A stretch of DNA of 60,106 nt, counting the filler, from Sphacelaria rigidula (Eukaryota), in assembly GCA_964200075.2 (NCBI GenBank). It is 10 parts of 10 records of this genome, joined end to end, with 100 filler letters (N's around TTAATTAATTAA, not from the genome) between each part and the next. Parts side by side here need not be neighbours in the genome. Positions count along the whole stretch, not along the records: positions 36,127 to 42,046 come from CAXNAA020023484.1; positions 42,147 to 48,066 come from CAXNAA020023485.1; positions 48,167 to 54,086 come from CAXNAA020023486.1; 7 more parts are not named here. One strand, written 5' to 3'. Position 1 is the first letter of the stretch. Each line of letters starts with the position of its first letter. The position numbers were made by a program, and so were the translations under genes. This document shows, piece after piece, positions 36,841 through 48,255 of this stretch. Below the pieces are notes generated by a model. The model searched no databases. It had not been told where the DNA came from and saw only the letters and a program-made list of their open reading frames with translations.

Positions 36841-38745
36841 TTATTATTATTATGATTATTGCCGCACATTAGTCCGATCTCTCGAACCCGTCGTCACAGA
36901 CGTAAGCTCGTCTTTCCAATACCGTCCCTGCCATCCCTTGCAAGGTATAGAGTCCTCCGTCATTTTTTTTTATCCAACCTACATACAAGAACAACGCAAT
37001 GAACTAAAATATTACCAAAAAAGTGATAGGAAGAGAGACGTCAAGAAAAACATGGGAAGAAGTAGCTTGCCCGAGTTCAACGGGGTGAAAGAAAAAATTC
37101 AGGTCTACTAAAAAAAGCACACAGACAAAAAAAGGGGGAAGAAGAAAATACCAGAAAATACAGATGACACAAGGCAATTGGCATGGCCACGGAGCAAGGG
37201 TCAAATCAAAGACAACCTCAGGCACCCTCATAGACAACCACCACAGCTGCTCTGAAAGACCGTAGATGTACTAGTGAGTCTTCCACCCGATGGACTACTG
37301 GTTACTCTTTGGAGGTCCCCGGTAGGCACGGAGGTAGCTCCAGTGGTACAACAGCAAGCGGTGTCTTGACATGGCGTGCTTTCGTCCAGGCTGCCATGTA
37401 CACCTTACCCCCCTCCTCTACAACCCGGGGCCATTCTCAGGATCATTCGAACACATCTTGGGCAACCTGCGCCCACGATATCGCATTTATTCCGAAGTAC
37501 GAGCAGTAGTCCGTGGTAGAGTGCTGTAGGTGCCTTGCTGGTCGACCCGCTCTCGTCTTCCCCCCCAACCATGACCCCACGCATGACGATGTTGGGGAGG
37601 CGTTCGTCATGCATGCGCACAACGCGGCCGGCGTGTAGCGAACCTCATCACGGTGGCCTCAATGCACTCGCAGCCAGTTCTTTCGAGGACCCCGTGGTAT
37701 GGCAGTATGTGGTTGTCAGGGGTGCTACGGCTTGAGGTATGCTTATTGAGGCATCTCAGCGGAAATCCTCGAAAGGCCTCCCGTAACGCGCCGAAGTTGT
37801 CGTGTGCGATCGCTCAGGTCACGCAGCCGTACAGCATTACCTCGATCACTTCAGTCTTCAGGAGACGAAACTTGGTGGCCAGGGCGATTATACGGGTTGT
37901 CGCATACCGCTCTGCTGTACTTGTAGAAGCACGTCCAGGCCTGGCCAATGCGGCTGTGGATCTCGGGAGTAACACCACCGATGCTGCTGACTCTTCCGCC
38001 AAGGGAGAGGAACGACTCAACTTGCTTGTTGTATCTTTGGCCCGCTGGCTCCACCTCGATCGTATCCGCCTCCATGTTCGGGGGGCACATGTGCATAGTG
38101 ACCGTCTTCTTTTTCGCCACGAGGAGATCGAATGCCGCACATACTTCGACGACGGCCGTCATCATCTTTGCCAGGCTTACTCGGGACCGCGAGGCGATGC
38201 CAGCGTCGTGGGCGTATAGCATAGCCCAGAGCACTTTGCTGAGTTCGCCCCCGGTCTTGCCGTCCCTTTCAGCGATGCGGATGAAGTCTTGCGCCACCGC
38301 TTTATTGATCAAGAATCGGTCGAACGTTACCGTCAGCAGTACCGCCGCAAAAAAGATGTGGAACAGACTGAGGGAAAGCACACAACCTTGCCGGCGGCCC
38401 TGGTTAACGTTAAACCTCTCAGACGTCTCACCGCTGTCCAGGCGTTTGCATGCCCGCATGCCGTTGTGGAATTGGTGGATGATGGAGGCTCCCATGGCGG
38501 GGATACCCTTGCGTGCTAACCCTTTCCAGAGAAAACTTCAGTCCACTGAGTTGTATGCCTTTTGGAAGTCAATGAAGCACATGTACAGAAGAAGATTCTT
38601 CTCTCTGGCCAGTTCTTGGAGCCTGCGCACAACGAATATTATGTCGACTGTGGAACGGCCAGGTCGGAAACCGCTTTGTGCTTCTGGGAGGATTCTCTTC
38701 CACTCGCCATAGGCGCTGAGGCGAGTCGCAACTATCTTTAGTACC
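36841..38745 (-). mobile_element. 5'-truncated, inactivated RTE-clade LINE
   Basis: RT motifs LPEAQSGFRPGRSTVDIIF, CFIDFQKAYNSVD, QGRRQGCVLS, LYAHD (YADD mutated), HDERLPNIVMRG; stops and frameshifts; (TAA)n tail at 36841. Confidence 0.93.
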
Positions 38746-39111
38746 ACAATGAATAGAAACAAGAAAACCGGCACGCTAGATTGCGGTGGTACCGGTCACG
38801 AGAAAATCGCCGACAGTGTGTCGCCCGTTATAAGGATGAACATGTTCGTAGCAAGTGAAGAAGACGCGGAGGTACCTCCAAACCGATCGAACCCACCATG
38901 CCAGTGATGCGCGTGCCGCGTTTAGCGGGAAGTATGCTGTACACGACGTGCTACCTGCGCCCAGCTTGAACAAAAACTACCCTGTAAGAATTACTAATTT
39001 GCATTCTCGACAGCCCGGTTGCCTCAAATGTTCGTGTAATGCAGCTTACTTGAATGATGCAATCTAACCTCTTCACCCAATCGTCCTCTCCGCTATTTTG
39101 TTCTTCTTCAG

Positions 39112-39231
39112 GCGGTGTACATCACAGGAATCAACATGCTCATGGCATACTACTTGCATTACGGCCTATATGCGATCTTTTATCCGCACGCGGTCGAGTG
39201 CGGCTGTATAATGTACCTCACATGTTACAAG
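39112..39231 (+). CDS. Small membrane protein, PQ-loop/SemiSWEET-like, penultimate exon
   Basis: TTCTTCAG/GTGAGT, phase 0; two hydrophobic helices AVYITGINMLMAYYLHYGLYAIFYPHAVECGCIMYLTCYK; the PQ motif itself is not seen. Confidence 0.6.
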
Positions 39232-39808
39232 GTGAGTCAGTTTTGTGTCCAACGACCGCACGTGGTGGGACCGGGACGTGGTTATGTATTGGGTCGTACT
39301 TGGGGTACGGAAAATACAACGAAGGACCTCGACCACAGGCCTAAATGAAGTGGGAATTTTCCACCTATTATCGAACCCGATAGAACGTCGAGCGTGTGTT
39401 TAGCGTTTGCACAATGCGCTACCTTCACGACGTAGCGAGGTAGCTCCTGGTCTGCGGTGCTGGCACCTTATGACACACAAGAACATCTCGCGTGTTGCTG
39501 ATGGGTCATGGCGTTTACATTGAAGGTGTATTCTTTTTGTCAACACGTACAGTAATGATCCTCATTTGTATGGTAAAAAGCCCGCTGTCGGTGTTGGAAT
39601 TGATGTGATCTCGGAACCCCTGTCAGCATACCGGAGATCTACGATCAGAGCATCTTTACCGCAGCACCGACATGCACCCGGTCATGGGCTTGCCTTGCAC
39701 ACGCGGATAGGTGTATCCAGTTTCATCTCTTACACGTGAAGAAGCACATTCTCGGTGCCACGTTAGTACGGTCCATACGTGACTTGCATTTCCCCCCCCT
39801 CACTGCAG

Positions 39809-39958
39809 GTGTACCTGGAGATTATCGTGCCAAGATTCCGCGCAAAAAACCGTGAGCCGATCGCTGCCCAAGAAGCGGAGTCACCGCTGGGGACGACTGA
39901 TGGAGGCTTTGTCGAATTTACAGACCTTGAGAGTGGCGGAGAGATCACAGCCGTTTGA
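39809..39958 (+). CDS. Last exon of the same membrane protein
   Basis: CTGCAG acceptor, in frame VYLEIIVPRFRAK...ITAV*. Confidence 0.65.
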   Translation: MYLEIIVPRFRAKNREPIAAQEAESPLGTTDGGFVEFTDLESGGEITAV

Positions 39959-40976
39959 TATGCTTATTCTGCTTTGGGGGAGAGACAAGACACGGCGCGG
40001 GAACGAAGGAGCCCCACCCGGCCCCGTCCCCCCTCCAACTGTCATGGCTTTCGTATAGCTCATTCTGGTTCATAGATGATTCCGATTTTGTGTTTAGACG
40101 TACGTGTTCAAGGAGAGTTGCCCGCCCTCCACATGTTTTCCCACGTTGGTGGAATGTTGGACTTCTCACGGTCGGGACTCGAGAGTGGTCAGGGAATCTC
40201 CTCGACCCAATATACTCCTACAGAGACATATGCTGCACATTCTTCCTGCTGGTTTATCTCAGAGCAGTGTGGTACCTCGCTTCATTGTGTTTCTTCATGG
40301 ATGTGAGGGTCCATATCCTAGATAAGGCGGTTGTGGTAGATGAGCTGCAATCATATCTCCTTTCCACGTTTTTTTTTTTTCACGGTCGGTATGAGTGTGG
40401 TTCTGCGCAAGATCTTTTCCGCTGAAGCCATGTGCTAGAAACCGGCCACTTCTTTGCTTTGCTTTGCTTTGCTTTGCTTTTATTTTATTTTATATTATAT
40501 TATTTTATTTTATATTATTTTATTTTCTCTTTTTTTTGCGTCATAGTCTTGTATGTTGTTCTGTCTACCTTTTCTGTTTCCACTTTTTATTATCGAGTGT
40601 TTCAGTTTTGTTTTGTCTCGCGTACGTCTATCATGTGACCACGGCTGGATCATGACTCCTGCTGAGGATCAGTTGAATGGTGACAATCAATCAGTCAAAC
40701 ATCAATGTACGGGGTTTCGTCTGCTTCTGCGGTGCGATTTCACTGCCGACAAAGAATCAAGATACACCAGAGGGATAGTCGATCTTCACTGCTAGCGAAA
40801 CTTGTATCAAGTCACAATCATGAAACATGCGTTGCTTCAGGAGGGATTCAGTGTCGGTAGCCCTGCAAATTGAACTTGAGCTTTACCGTGCGGTTCGGAC
40901 CTGGCTGCCAGGAAATCCCATAGTGAATATGCAGACGTGGTATATTTGTGGTTCACTGTAGTAGGTCTAGTGTTGA

Positions 40977-41267
40977 CAATGTTTCGTGAGATTGAGAGTA
41001 GAGGATACGATTGAGAGTAAAAAGCGGTCAATAATTGGATGGATGGTTTCATTTCCGAAACGCCCCTCCACGAGGCTCGATGCGCTTTCTGTGGTAGCTT
41101 ACCACTGAAGCCCTTGATATCCCTGAGTAGGATATCGACGTGTAGCTATAAGCTCACGCCAGTGTTCCAATAGAAAACATACATGGACTATGCAATTGGT
41201 CACGTTAAAGCGAATGATAAAACCCACTCTTAATGAACGCTCTACTCTCAATCTCACGAAAACGGCG
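40977..41267. mobile_element. hAT-like MITE (~290 bp), complete but diverged
   Basis: TIRs TGTTTCGTGAGATTGAGAGTAGA / TCTACTCTCAATCTCACGAAAAC; no clear TSD. Confidence 0.7.
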
Positions 41268-41971
41268 GTTGCACTGGGAGATTTTGCGGCTCACCTGCGG
41301 GCTTTTGTGTTGCACATTCCAAATTTCAGCATGAAAAATGGTGTTGTCTTGGGCATTTTCTCATGTCACATTCTTTTATTATGACAGAAAACTTGTGACA
41401 GAAGAGTTCGGGTTTCTTTAGTCCCAACGCAGTCGTCAGTATAATAGATAGTACAGTGTGTTACACTGAACACAAGACAGAACTCCAACAGTGTGTAGTC
41501 CAATAGTGCACTGCAGGTCCCCAACGCACAGCATCAGAGGAGTGACACGGACTGTATACAGTATGCATCGCATGCAATACCGTGGCGGCTCGTGCCCGTG
41601 TCTATCGGTCCCAGGGAGGTCCGTGAACAGCCAAAGACTACCGCGTGCATCACCATAGAGACTGCTTCCGGGATCAACACGTGCCAGGATAGCCAGTCAT
41701 CATCCAAAAAGTACGGTGCATTACTGGCGTGGCTAGTTCTTGTACCGAGGAGTAACAGGGTGACCAGTTACTATCAAAAACATTTTCGGGCGTTACCGTT
41801 GCGGTTGATACCATGGTGTATACATGACCCACGTGAAGAAGGCATGCCAACATGAGCTTCGGTTTTCTTGCCCGGAAGAGGGGCGGAATATGGCTGTTTC
41901 CAGGCAGACTGATCACTTCCCGGCGGTTCGACCGCATGATGAGAACCATGAGAATGAAAACAAAAATGAAT

Positions 41972-42046
41972 GAGTCATCCTACGATAGGGGGGGGGTATT
42001 TGATTGCACGAAAAAAAAGGCTGATAAGTGTGTCAGATGACCTGCC
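41972..42046. mobile_element. End of a Sola-like MITE (same family as 53003-53405)
   Basis: GAGTCATCCTACGATAGGGGGG at the contig end. Confidence 0.65.
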
Positions 42047-42146
42047 NNNNNNNNNNNNNNNNNNNNNNNNNNNNNNNNNNNNNNNNNNNNTTAATTAATT
42101 AANNNNNNNNNNNNNNNNNNNNNNNNNNNNNNNNNNNNNNNNNNNN
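42047..42146. other. Artificial contig linker
   Basis: Same cassette. Confidence 0.98.
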
Positions 42147-44311
42147 AGGATCACACCCCCCCCCCCCCCCTCCGAGGGAAACGGCTGAAGGCCCGTCTGC
42201 AATAGTGCCCCCCTGCCCCCCCCCCCCCCCGTCCCATTAGCCTCTGCCTACCGCTGTGTATTCTGTGTGCATTCCGTAGTTTGAGCCGCTCTCACCGAAG
42301 TCATGAGCTTCGGGCTGAGTCGCACTCTGTGCTGCTACTGCATACTGCCGTGCTTACTACCTGCCCTGCTTCGCTTGAAGCACATACGATCCCACGGGAC
42401 TGTACCGCATACTCGTCTGTACCTACCCCGGTGACCTCGCGACAACGCCGAAAACAATGTCGTGACTGTTCTGTCCGTCTTCCCGCACGGTGATGATTTC
42501 ATTCCGGAGTTATAGTACTATCCATCGACATCGGTCTAGCGTATGTTTGTGACAACCTACACTGCATTGTCCCTGCTTCCGTAGCCCTTCCACAGTCCGT
42601 GCCAGCATCACCACTTACTGAACGCATGCACCGACTGAATACAATATTGTACCATCGTATTTACTATTGCCCCTGTCGCGGAAGAATCCTCTTGGGATCC
42701 TCTGTACTACACAGGCTTTTCCTTTTTCGGTAGACGTTCATATCCCAAGTGGTTACCCTACTGCCGACTAAGCCCTGGAATCTTGAAAACAAACGTCCAT
42801 ACGATAGCATTCTTCTCGTGCCAAATCTGACACTCGAGTCTACTTCCTCGCAAGCCCTTTGCTTGCTGACTGCCATTCTTAGCATATAACGCTTGATCAT
42901 GCTGGAAAATAATCGCAGAAGTACTTCCACCAAGAAATGCGGAAGACGGTGCAAGTTATGGAGGGGCTGGGGGGGAACCCCGTCGCCATTCGCGAGATAT
43001 CGATACGTGGAGCTGGGAAAACAGGAGAACTCAACAATATGCTGATATATCAGACGGTAGAGTGGTGCCAGGCTAGGGGCGCACAAAATAATTCTCTGGT
43101 TTGAATTAGTAAGATCCCTTTATATCGTCCAAAAGGTGACCTATGGAATGCGAGCACGCAACGGTTGGCATTCCAATGGCATACGGACGTATCGACTATT
43201 TTTTTATTACGAGACTGTTCTGATCCCATATTGTTGTGTAGCTTGTAACTTCAGGAGACCCTCAATGAGAAGATCCCAGCCCAAATACGTAACCTCTACC
43301 TTGGCATGACTCGGAACTACTCATCTCCAGACACACTAATTTCTTTTCGCGAATTGTATCTTTGGCATTGTCATCCCCGTGCTCTGGACACGCGCTCTCG
43401 AATGCTAAACAAAATCGTTGAATTTAACATAATTACATGAGGCATTTGTCCGTCAACATGAGAAGAGAGCGAAATGTTCAAAACCCCTCTAAACCCGTGA
43501 CGCAATAAAATTGCGAATACGTTGAGACGTCTCTGCTAGGCATGGTCGAGCGAAATGAGGGTTTCCATCATTTGCCGCGCATCATTTTCAACCGTGGTTC
43601 ATTTTCGTCGTCGTTTTCTGTCCTAGATTAAGTATGTGGAGATAATCAGTTTGGTTGTAATTATCATGTTCCCTTGCAATCCGCGCCAACCAGTCATGAT
43701 GGGAAGGTGCTGTCGTAACAAACTCAACAATACTAGCTTGCATGCCTCAGGCCGTCTTGCCCTGGAAGTGATTGCGAATTGCCATTTACGATGACGTTTT
43801 GTACACTCGGCATCGTTTCCTCACATTTCAAGAGGATACGTTGTCACCGCATGTCCTGGGCACTACACGTTACCTGCGGAAAATATTGCGTCATTGAGAT
43901 AGCTGCATCGCCCCCCTTTTCCAAAGCTAGAATGAAGCTTCGCGAAATCACGTCGCTTGAAGCGCAGAACTAGTTGGGATTACGGAACCCCTCGGAAAAC
44001 AATCGTGTTTTCTTCCGAAACAGGACGCGTACAGGAGACACAGGCAGCGTCATCGATTTCTTTGCCGGCAGACAAGCACACGGTAAGTTGGGGAAGTTGT
44101 ATGCTCAGATTGGGGTATGGTGCAGCATAACTCACCTTTTTTCGAGCATAATCTGGAAAAAACGGGTATAAAAGAGGTGGAATAATCGGCGAAAAGAGGA
44201 GCATAAAGGACTCAGACCTGATACGGTCATCGATTTTCGGTCGAGTAACGACCACTAATAGCAGCTGCTGAAGGATGAAGGTCCACATGTGCTTTGAAGC
44301 TTGAAGTATTC

Positions 44312-44520
44312 GTAATGCGTGAGAGAAGCGCGTGCTTAGGGGACCGCCTCGGATGGTAAACACCTCTATGGTTAGGGTTAGGGTTAGGGTTTGTGTTGGG
44401 GCTAGGGTCAGGGGCGTGGTCCCTGCAGGGGCTGGCCCGATTGGTTTTGAAAAACATCGATCCTCAGGCGTTTCGAACAACGATGCGGTCCTCTAAGCAC
44501 GCGGTCCTCTCACGCATTAC
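44312..44520. mobile_element. MITE with 36-bp TIRs, 7-bp TSD and internal (TTAGGG)3
   Basis: AGTATTC|GTAATGCGTGAGAG...CTCTCACGCATTAC|AGTATTC. Confidence 0.85.
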
Positions 44521-45390
44521 AGTATTCGTGATCCGATGGATTTTGTATGATGACTTATTCAAGAGCATGTGGTGTTCGTAGGATGATACGGTAAGAGGTC
44601 ATCGCCGCCTGGCCTCACTTGGTTCCTCATCGCCGATTTGGAAGCTAGCATTACAGTAGAGACTATTTCAACACATCTTCAACGGCTCAACACATCTGCT
44701 GTACACCCAGCGTCCACCTGCTTTGGTGAACGAGTCCTCAACAACGAAGCTATCCAGTGAGTCAGGAGTTTCATGTTGAGTAACACCATATACTGTTGTG
44801 TTGAGTCTGCACTAAGGTTGTGATCATCACCAGGAGATTGTTCACTGTGAGCATCCAGGAGTTCACGACTCTGGAATCTAACGCAAGGCTGGTCCTAGAG
44901 TAGGTAGAACTCTATTGTCTTTTAACTGGTTGGGTATCAGCGAAATCACATTGCAGCAAACTACTCGTATCATATTTTGGACGGCCGTATGAGGTTGAAA
45001 CGCGGTTTATTTCTTGCAATTTCCGAGCAAGGGTGCAACATTTGTCCCCAATTGGAACGCGTGACGAATTCCGAGCCAAAAACGGTTCGTGGGGCATCTT
45101 CCCAATTCTACATCGTCGATCAAAAACAAAATCCGTTCTTACCACAAACGTGAAGGTCCACACTTTCTACACTGAGGTTAATTTGACAGTAGAGTTCAAG
45201 GCAGATGATGAGGAAAGACGACTCCATCCCCTGAGAGGGTGGACTCGCCCCGATGAGGTCGGGAATAAAATGGGACTGAAAGTCCTGAGATAATGGTTGA
45301 AAATACAACGAAAATGTATCACAATAAATACACGAATCCCGCGAAGTATGAGAGACACCCGAATCGAAATGGCATACAGTTGGTACGCAC

Positions 45391-45532
45391 CCCACATCCC
45401 GCCGATGCTGCCCAGCAGCTCCAGCGGATCCAGGGGATCTATGGCCTTGCGAATTGTATGAGAAAGCCGAGGTTGATAAATGTCCAAGAACAACGTTCCC
45501 CTCGTGTAGTTGCCCTCGCTTCCTCCAGGGAA
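45391..45532 (-). CDS. Exon of a putative membrane protein ending in LELLGSIGGMW (DEG/ENaC TM2-like)
   Basis: TGCAG acceptor, GTGCGT donor; FPGGSEGNYTRGTLFLDIYQPRLSHTIRKAIDPLDPLELLGSIGGMW. Confidence 0.55.
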
Positions 45533-46484
45533 CTGCATCGCACAAGGGGTGAAGCACACGTGCACGTTTGGTTGAAATGGCGTAGGTGTAAGGCGCACAC
45601 CACAAAACACGACCATAAATATTGCACGCCTTCCTGTGTGCGCATTTTCATGACAAGCACTGATCAAAGCACAGTATGTTTCATTACTTTGCAGTAGAAA
45701 GCCGCAGGGTTGGTCGAGTAGGAATGTACAGTATGCCGTTATAGTATATATGTAGCGAACACAACAGACTGTGTCAAAAAAAAAAGTGGGACATGCTCCC
45801 CGGGCACCTTGCGCATGGGGTGCTCAACTGTGTTTGAGAGGTACCCAGCCGGCGTGCCGCGCTGTATCAAGATATGAAAATATCGTAGTGTCACAAGATG
45901 TGCCGACGTGCCTTTTCCGTCATCATATCGTGAAGCAAGATATGAATCACATTGTATCGCTTAGGATGTGGATGTATCCTTCGAGTCGAATTCCATTTTG
46001 GCCTGGATGATCCAAAAGCAGTCATGTCTATCCGATGAACCGAGCCAGTGCCAAAACTCAGTGTGGCCTGTAGTGTTTTTTTCTTAGGGAGTACATATTT
46101 TGCACAGGCTGCCAGCGACTGTCACGTACCTTGACAGTACTGTGAGAAATGTTACTTACACAAACTGCTGTTGACAGCGGATCGTGAAAAATGAGGTTCA
46201 TCTCAAAAATGGGGTTGAAGTGGCATTTCTTTCTCGTAGGAAAAATATGAAACAGTAACACAGAGCGAAAGTATCTTCCCCCCCAAAACTCGGCAGGAGG
46301 AGTCAAGCAGCTCTGGCTAGGTGCACCCAACGAATGCGGTGTACACGCGTGTCGATGACGATATCACCAGAGAGAGAAGCAACGGCAGAGAGGAAGCTCC
46401 TCGCCCGTGTCCTTTGCGTGTCGTCGCTCGGCGATTACCAATATCGCTTGAGAGACTGGCATCATCGATGTTACCAGCATGTAC

Positions 46485-46666
46485 CCAATTTTCCATGTTG
46501 TGCCAGAACACCGAGCTGCGGAGATATTTCGTCTCTCCTTCTTGCTTGCTTGATGCGGAGATCAATTTCTCTCTGCCTCTCTTTTTGGACAAGACGCGCG
46601 TCTGTGCGCTGAAAAACATGTCGTTGAAAAACAGGGAAATGTTCCCGTCACCGCTACTACTCTTCT
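46485..46666 (-). CDS. Putative upstream exon of the same gene
   Basis: CAG/GT bounded, open, phase 1-0 compatible with its neighbours; no recognisable motif. Confidence 0.35.
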
Positions 46667-47455
46667 CTGTCACACATGCCAGCAAGGACGGTGCTGCGGC
46701 AATAGCAGATAGATCCAATTTGAACTTAGGGGGTGTTAATCATCGTTGGTTTTCCCCGACCTCCCCGTAACCGGGTGCCCGAGCAGAAGAGCGTGCCACA
46801 CGCCAGTTGAGGGGGGTGTATGAGAGATCAAATACCTGTAGAGACCTTCTTAACATGTGGGGTGAAAACGGATACCTATGGTGGTGACCTAACTGTTGCT
46901 AGTGTGGCGCATAGAAATCCACCCTTGCCGCAATCTGCAGCACACGCTGGCCGCGTAAACACCTAAATAATAGGTACAACAGTACGAGTAGCTTCCCATA
47001 TTATATAAATGTTCCGACGTCAGGAGGTCATGCCTTATTCCGAGTTGGGTGGAGAGACGAGAGTGCTCTACGATCAACCGCATGTCGTTGCATTCGAGAC
47101 CCCCGCCATCAACCGCCGACAGCAAGGGTCGTGTGGCTTTCACGCGACACTGTTGGCTGTACGGCAGGCAAACCCAATCGTAGCTATTTTCCGTTGCTCC
47201 TCCGCACGTACTCCCGTCTGCTCAGAGGTGGTCACGGTAACAACATGCACCGAAGTCCTAACACCTGTGAAAGCTAGAGTGTTTGATTTTTATGAACTGC
47301 ATCGACACAATTGAAACGACTCTCGAAGCCTGAGGGAATGTAGCCGTTCCGGGTCCAGTTAAACGTCCGAAGATGTCATCGAACAGCAATACCAAACGTT
47401 TCTGGGATTGGCATCAGGCAGTCCTTGAAGAACGGAACAGAAATCGACAAGTTAC

Positions 47456-47588
47456 CGTTCGTATCAGAAAACCATGCGCATGAGACGCTTCGCAGGTTGG
47501 AAAACATGGATTTTGATGGAAAGAAACTGTCCCGGTCCCCATTTGTGTTGTATGCGCCTGTAAAAAGTCTTTCCTCGTTCATCAATAC
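47456..47588 (-). CDS. Putative upstream exon of the same gene
   Basis: CCAG/GTAAC bounded, open, ends in phase 1. Confidence 0.3.
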
Positions 47589-47942
47589 CTGGCTGGGGGA
47601 CAGGGAAGCTGTCCTCCCTCAGGTCATGAGAGTCGTTTCAATTGTGTCGATGCAGTTCATAAAAGTCAAACTCTCTAGCTTTCACAGGTGTTGCGACTTC
47701 GGTGCATGTTATTACCGTGACCACCTCTGAGCAGACGGGAGTACGTGCGGTAGAGCAACGAAAGGTAGCTATGATACGGTTTGCCTGCCGTACTGCCGAC
47801 AGCGTCGCGTGAAAGCCACAAGACTCTCAACAGGGGGTTCAATAAAATGAGGTTGATCAATGAAATGAGGTTTGAGGAGGCTAGCCCGTATGCGTCAAAA
47901 ATCCGAGGGAAGTACCGTCCGCAAGTGCCTTCGATCATTACC

Positions 47943-48066
47943 GCGGGGGGGGGCGCGTACTCATTTGTTGCTTGCCTTAGCCGTTTGACCATCGACCACG
48001 ACCCGTCTCGAAAGCTCAATAGTCAAACGACTAAGGCAAGCAACAAATGAGTACGCCCTCCCCCCC
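47943..48066. mobile_element. Short fold-back MITE with G/C-run termini; another end at 36130-36200
   Basis: GTACTCATTTGTTGCTTGCCTTAG / CTAAGGCAAGCAACAAATGAGTAC inverted pair. Confidence 0.75.
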
Positions 48067-48166
48067 NNNNNNNNNNNNNNNNNNNNNNNNNNNNNNNNNN
48101 NNNNNNNNNNTTAATTAATTAANNNNNNNNNNNNNNNNNNNNNNNNNNNNNNNNNNNNNNNNNNNN
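48067..48166. other. Artificial contig linker
   Basis: Same cassette. Confidence 0.98.
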
Positions 48167-48255
48167 GATGCCCTTGTCCCCTGGTCATCATCCAGGATCC
48201 ACTATATACTCAATCGTGTCGGCCGTGATTTCGCCACAGATACCACCCCCTCCAA
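48167..48255 (-). mobile_element. Start of a 3' LTR with polypurine tract, related to the gypsy LTR at 28025-28086
   Basis: Minus strand GGAGGGGGTGGTATC|TGTGGCGAAATCACGG; homologous to TGTGGCGAAATTACG at 28086. Confidence 0.55.

Noticed and set aside
37948..38712. 254-aa plus-strand ORF
   Set aside because: Antisense shadow of the RTE reverse transcriptase
44371..44392. Chromosome end (telomere)
   Set aside because: Only about three units, internal to a TIR/TSD-bounded element
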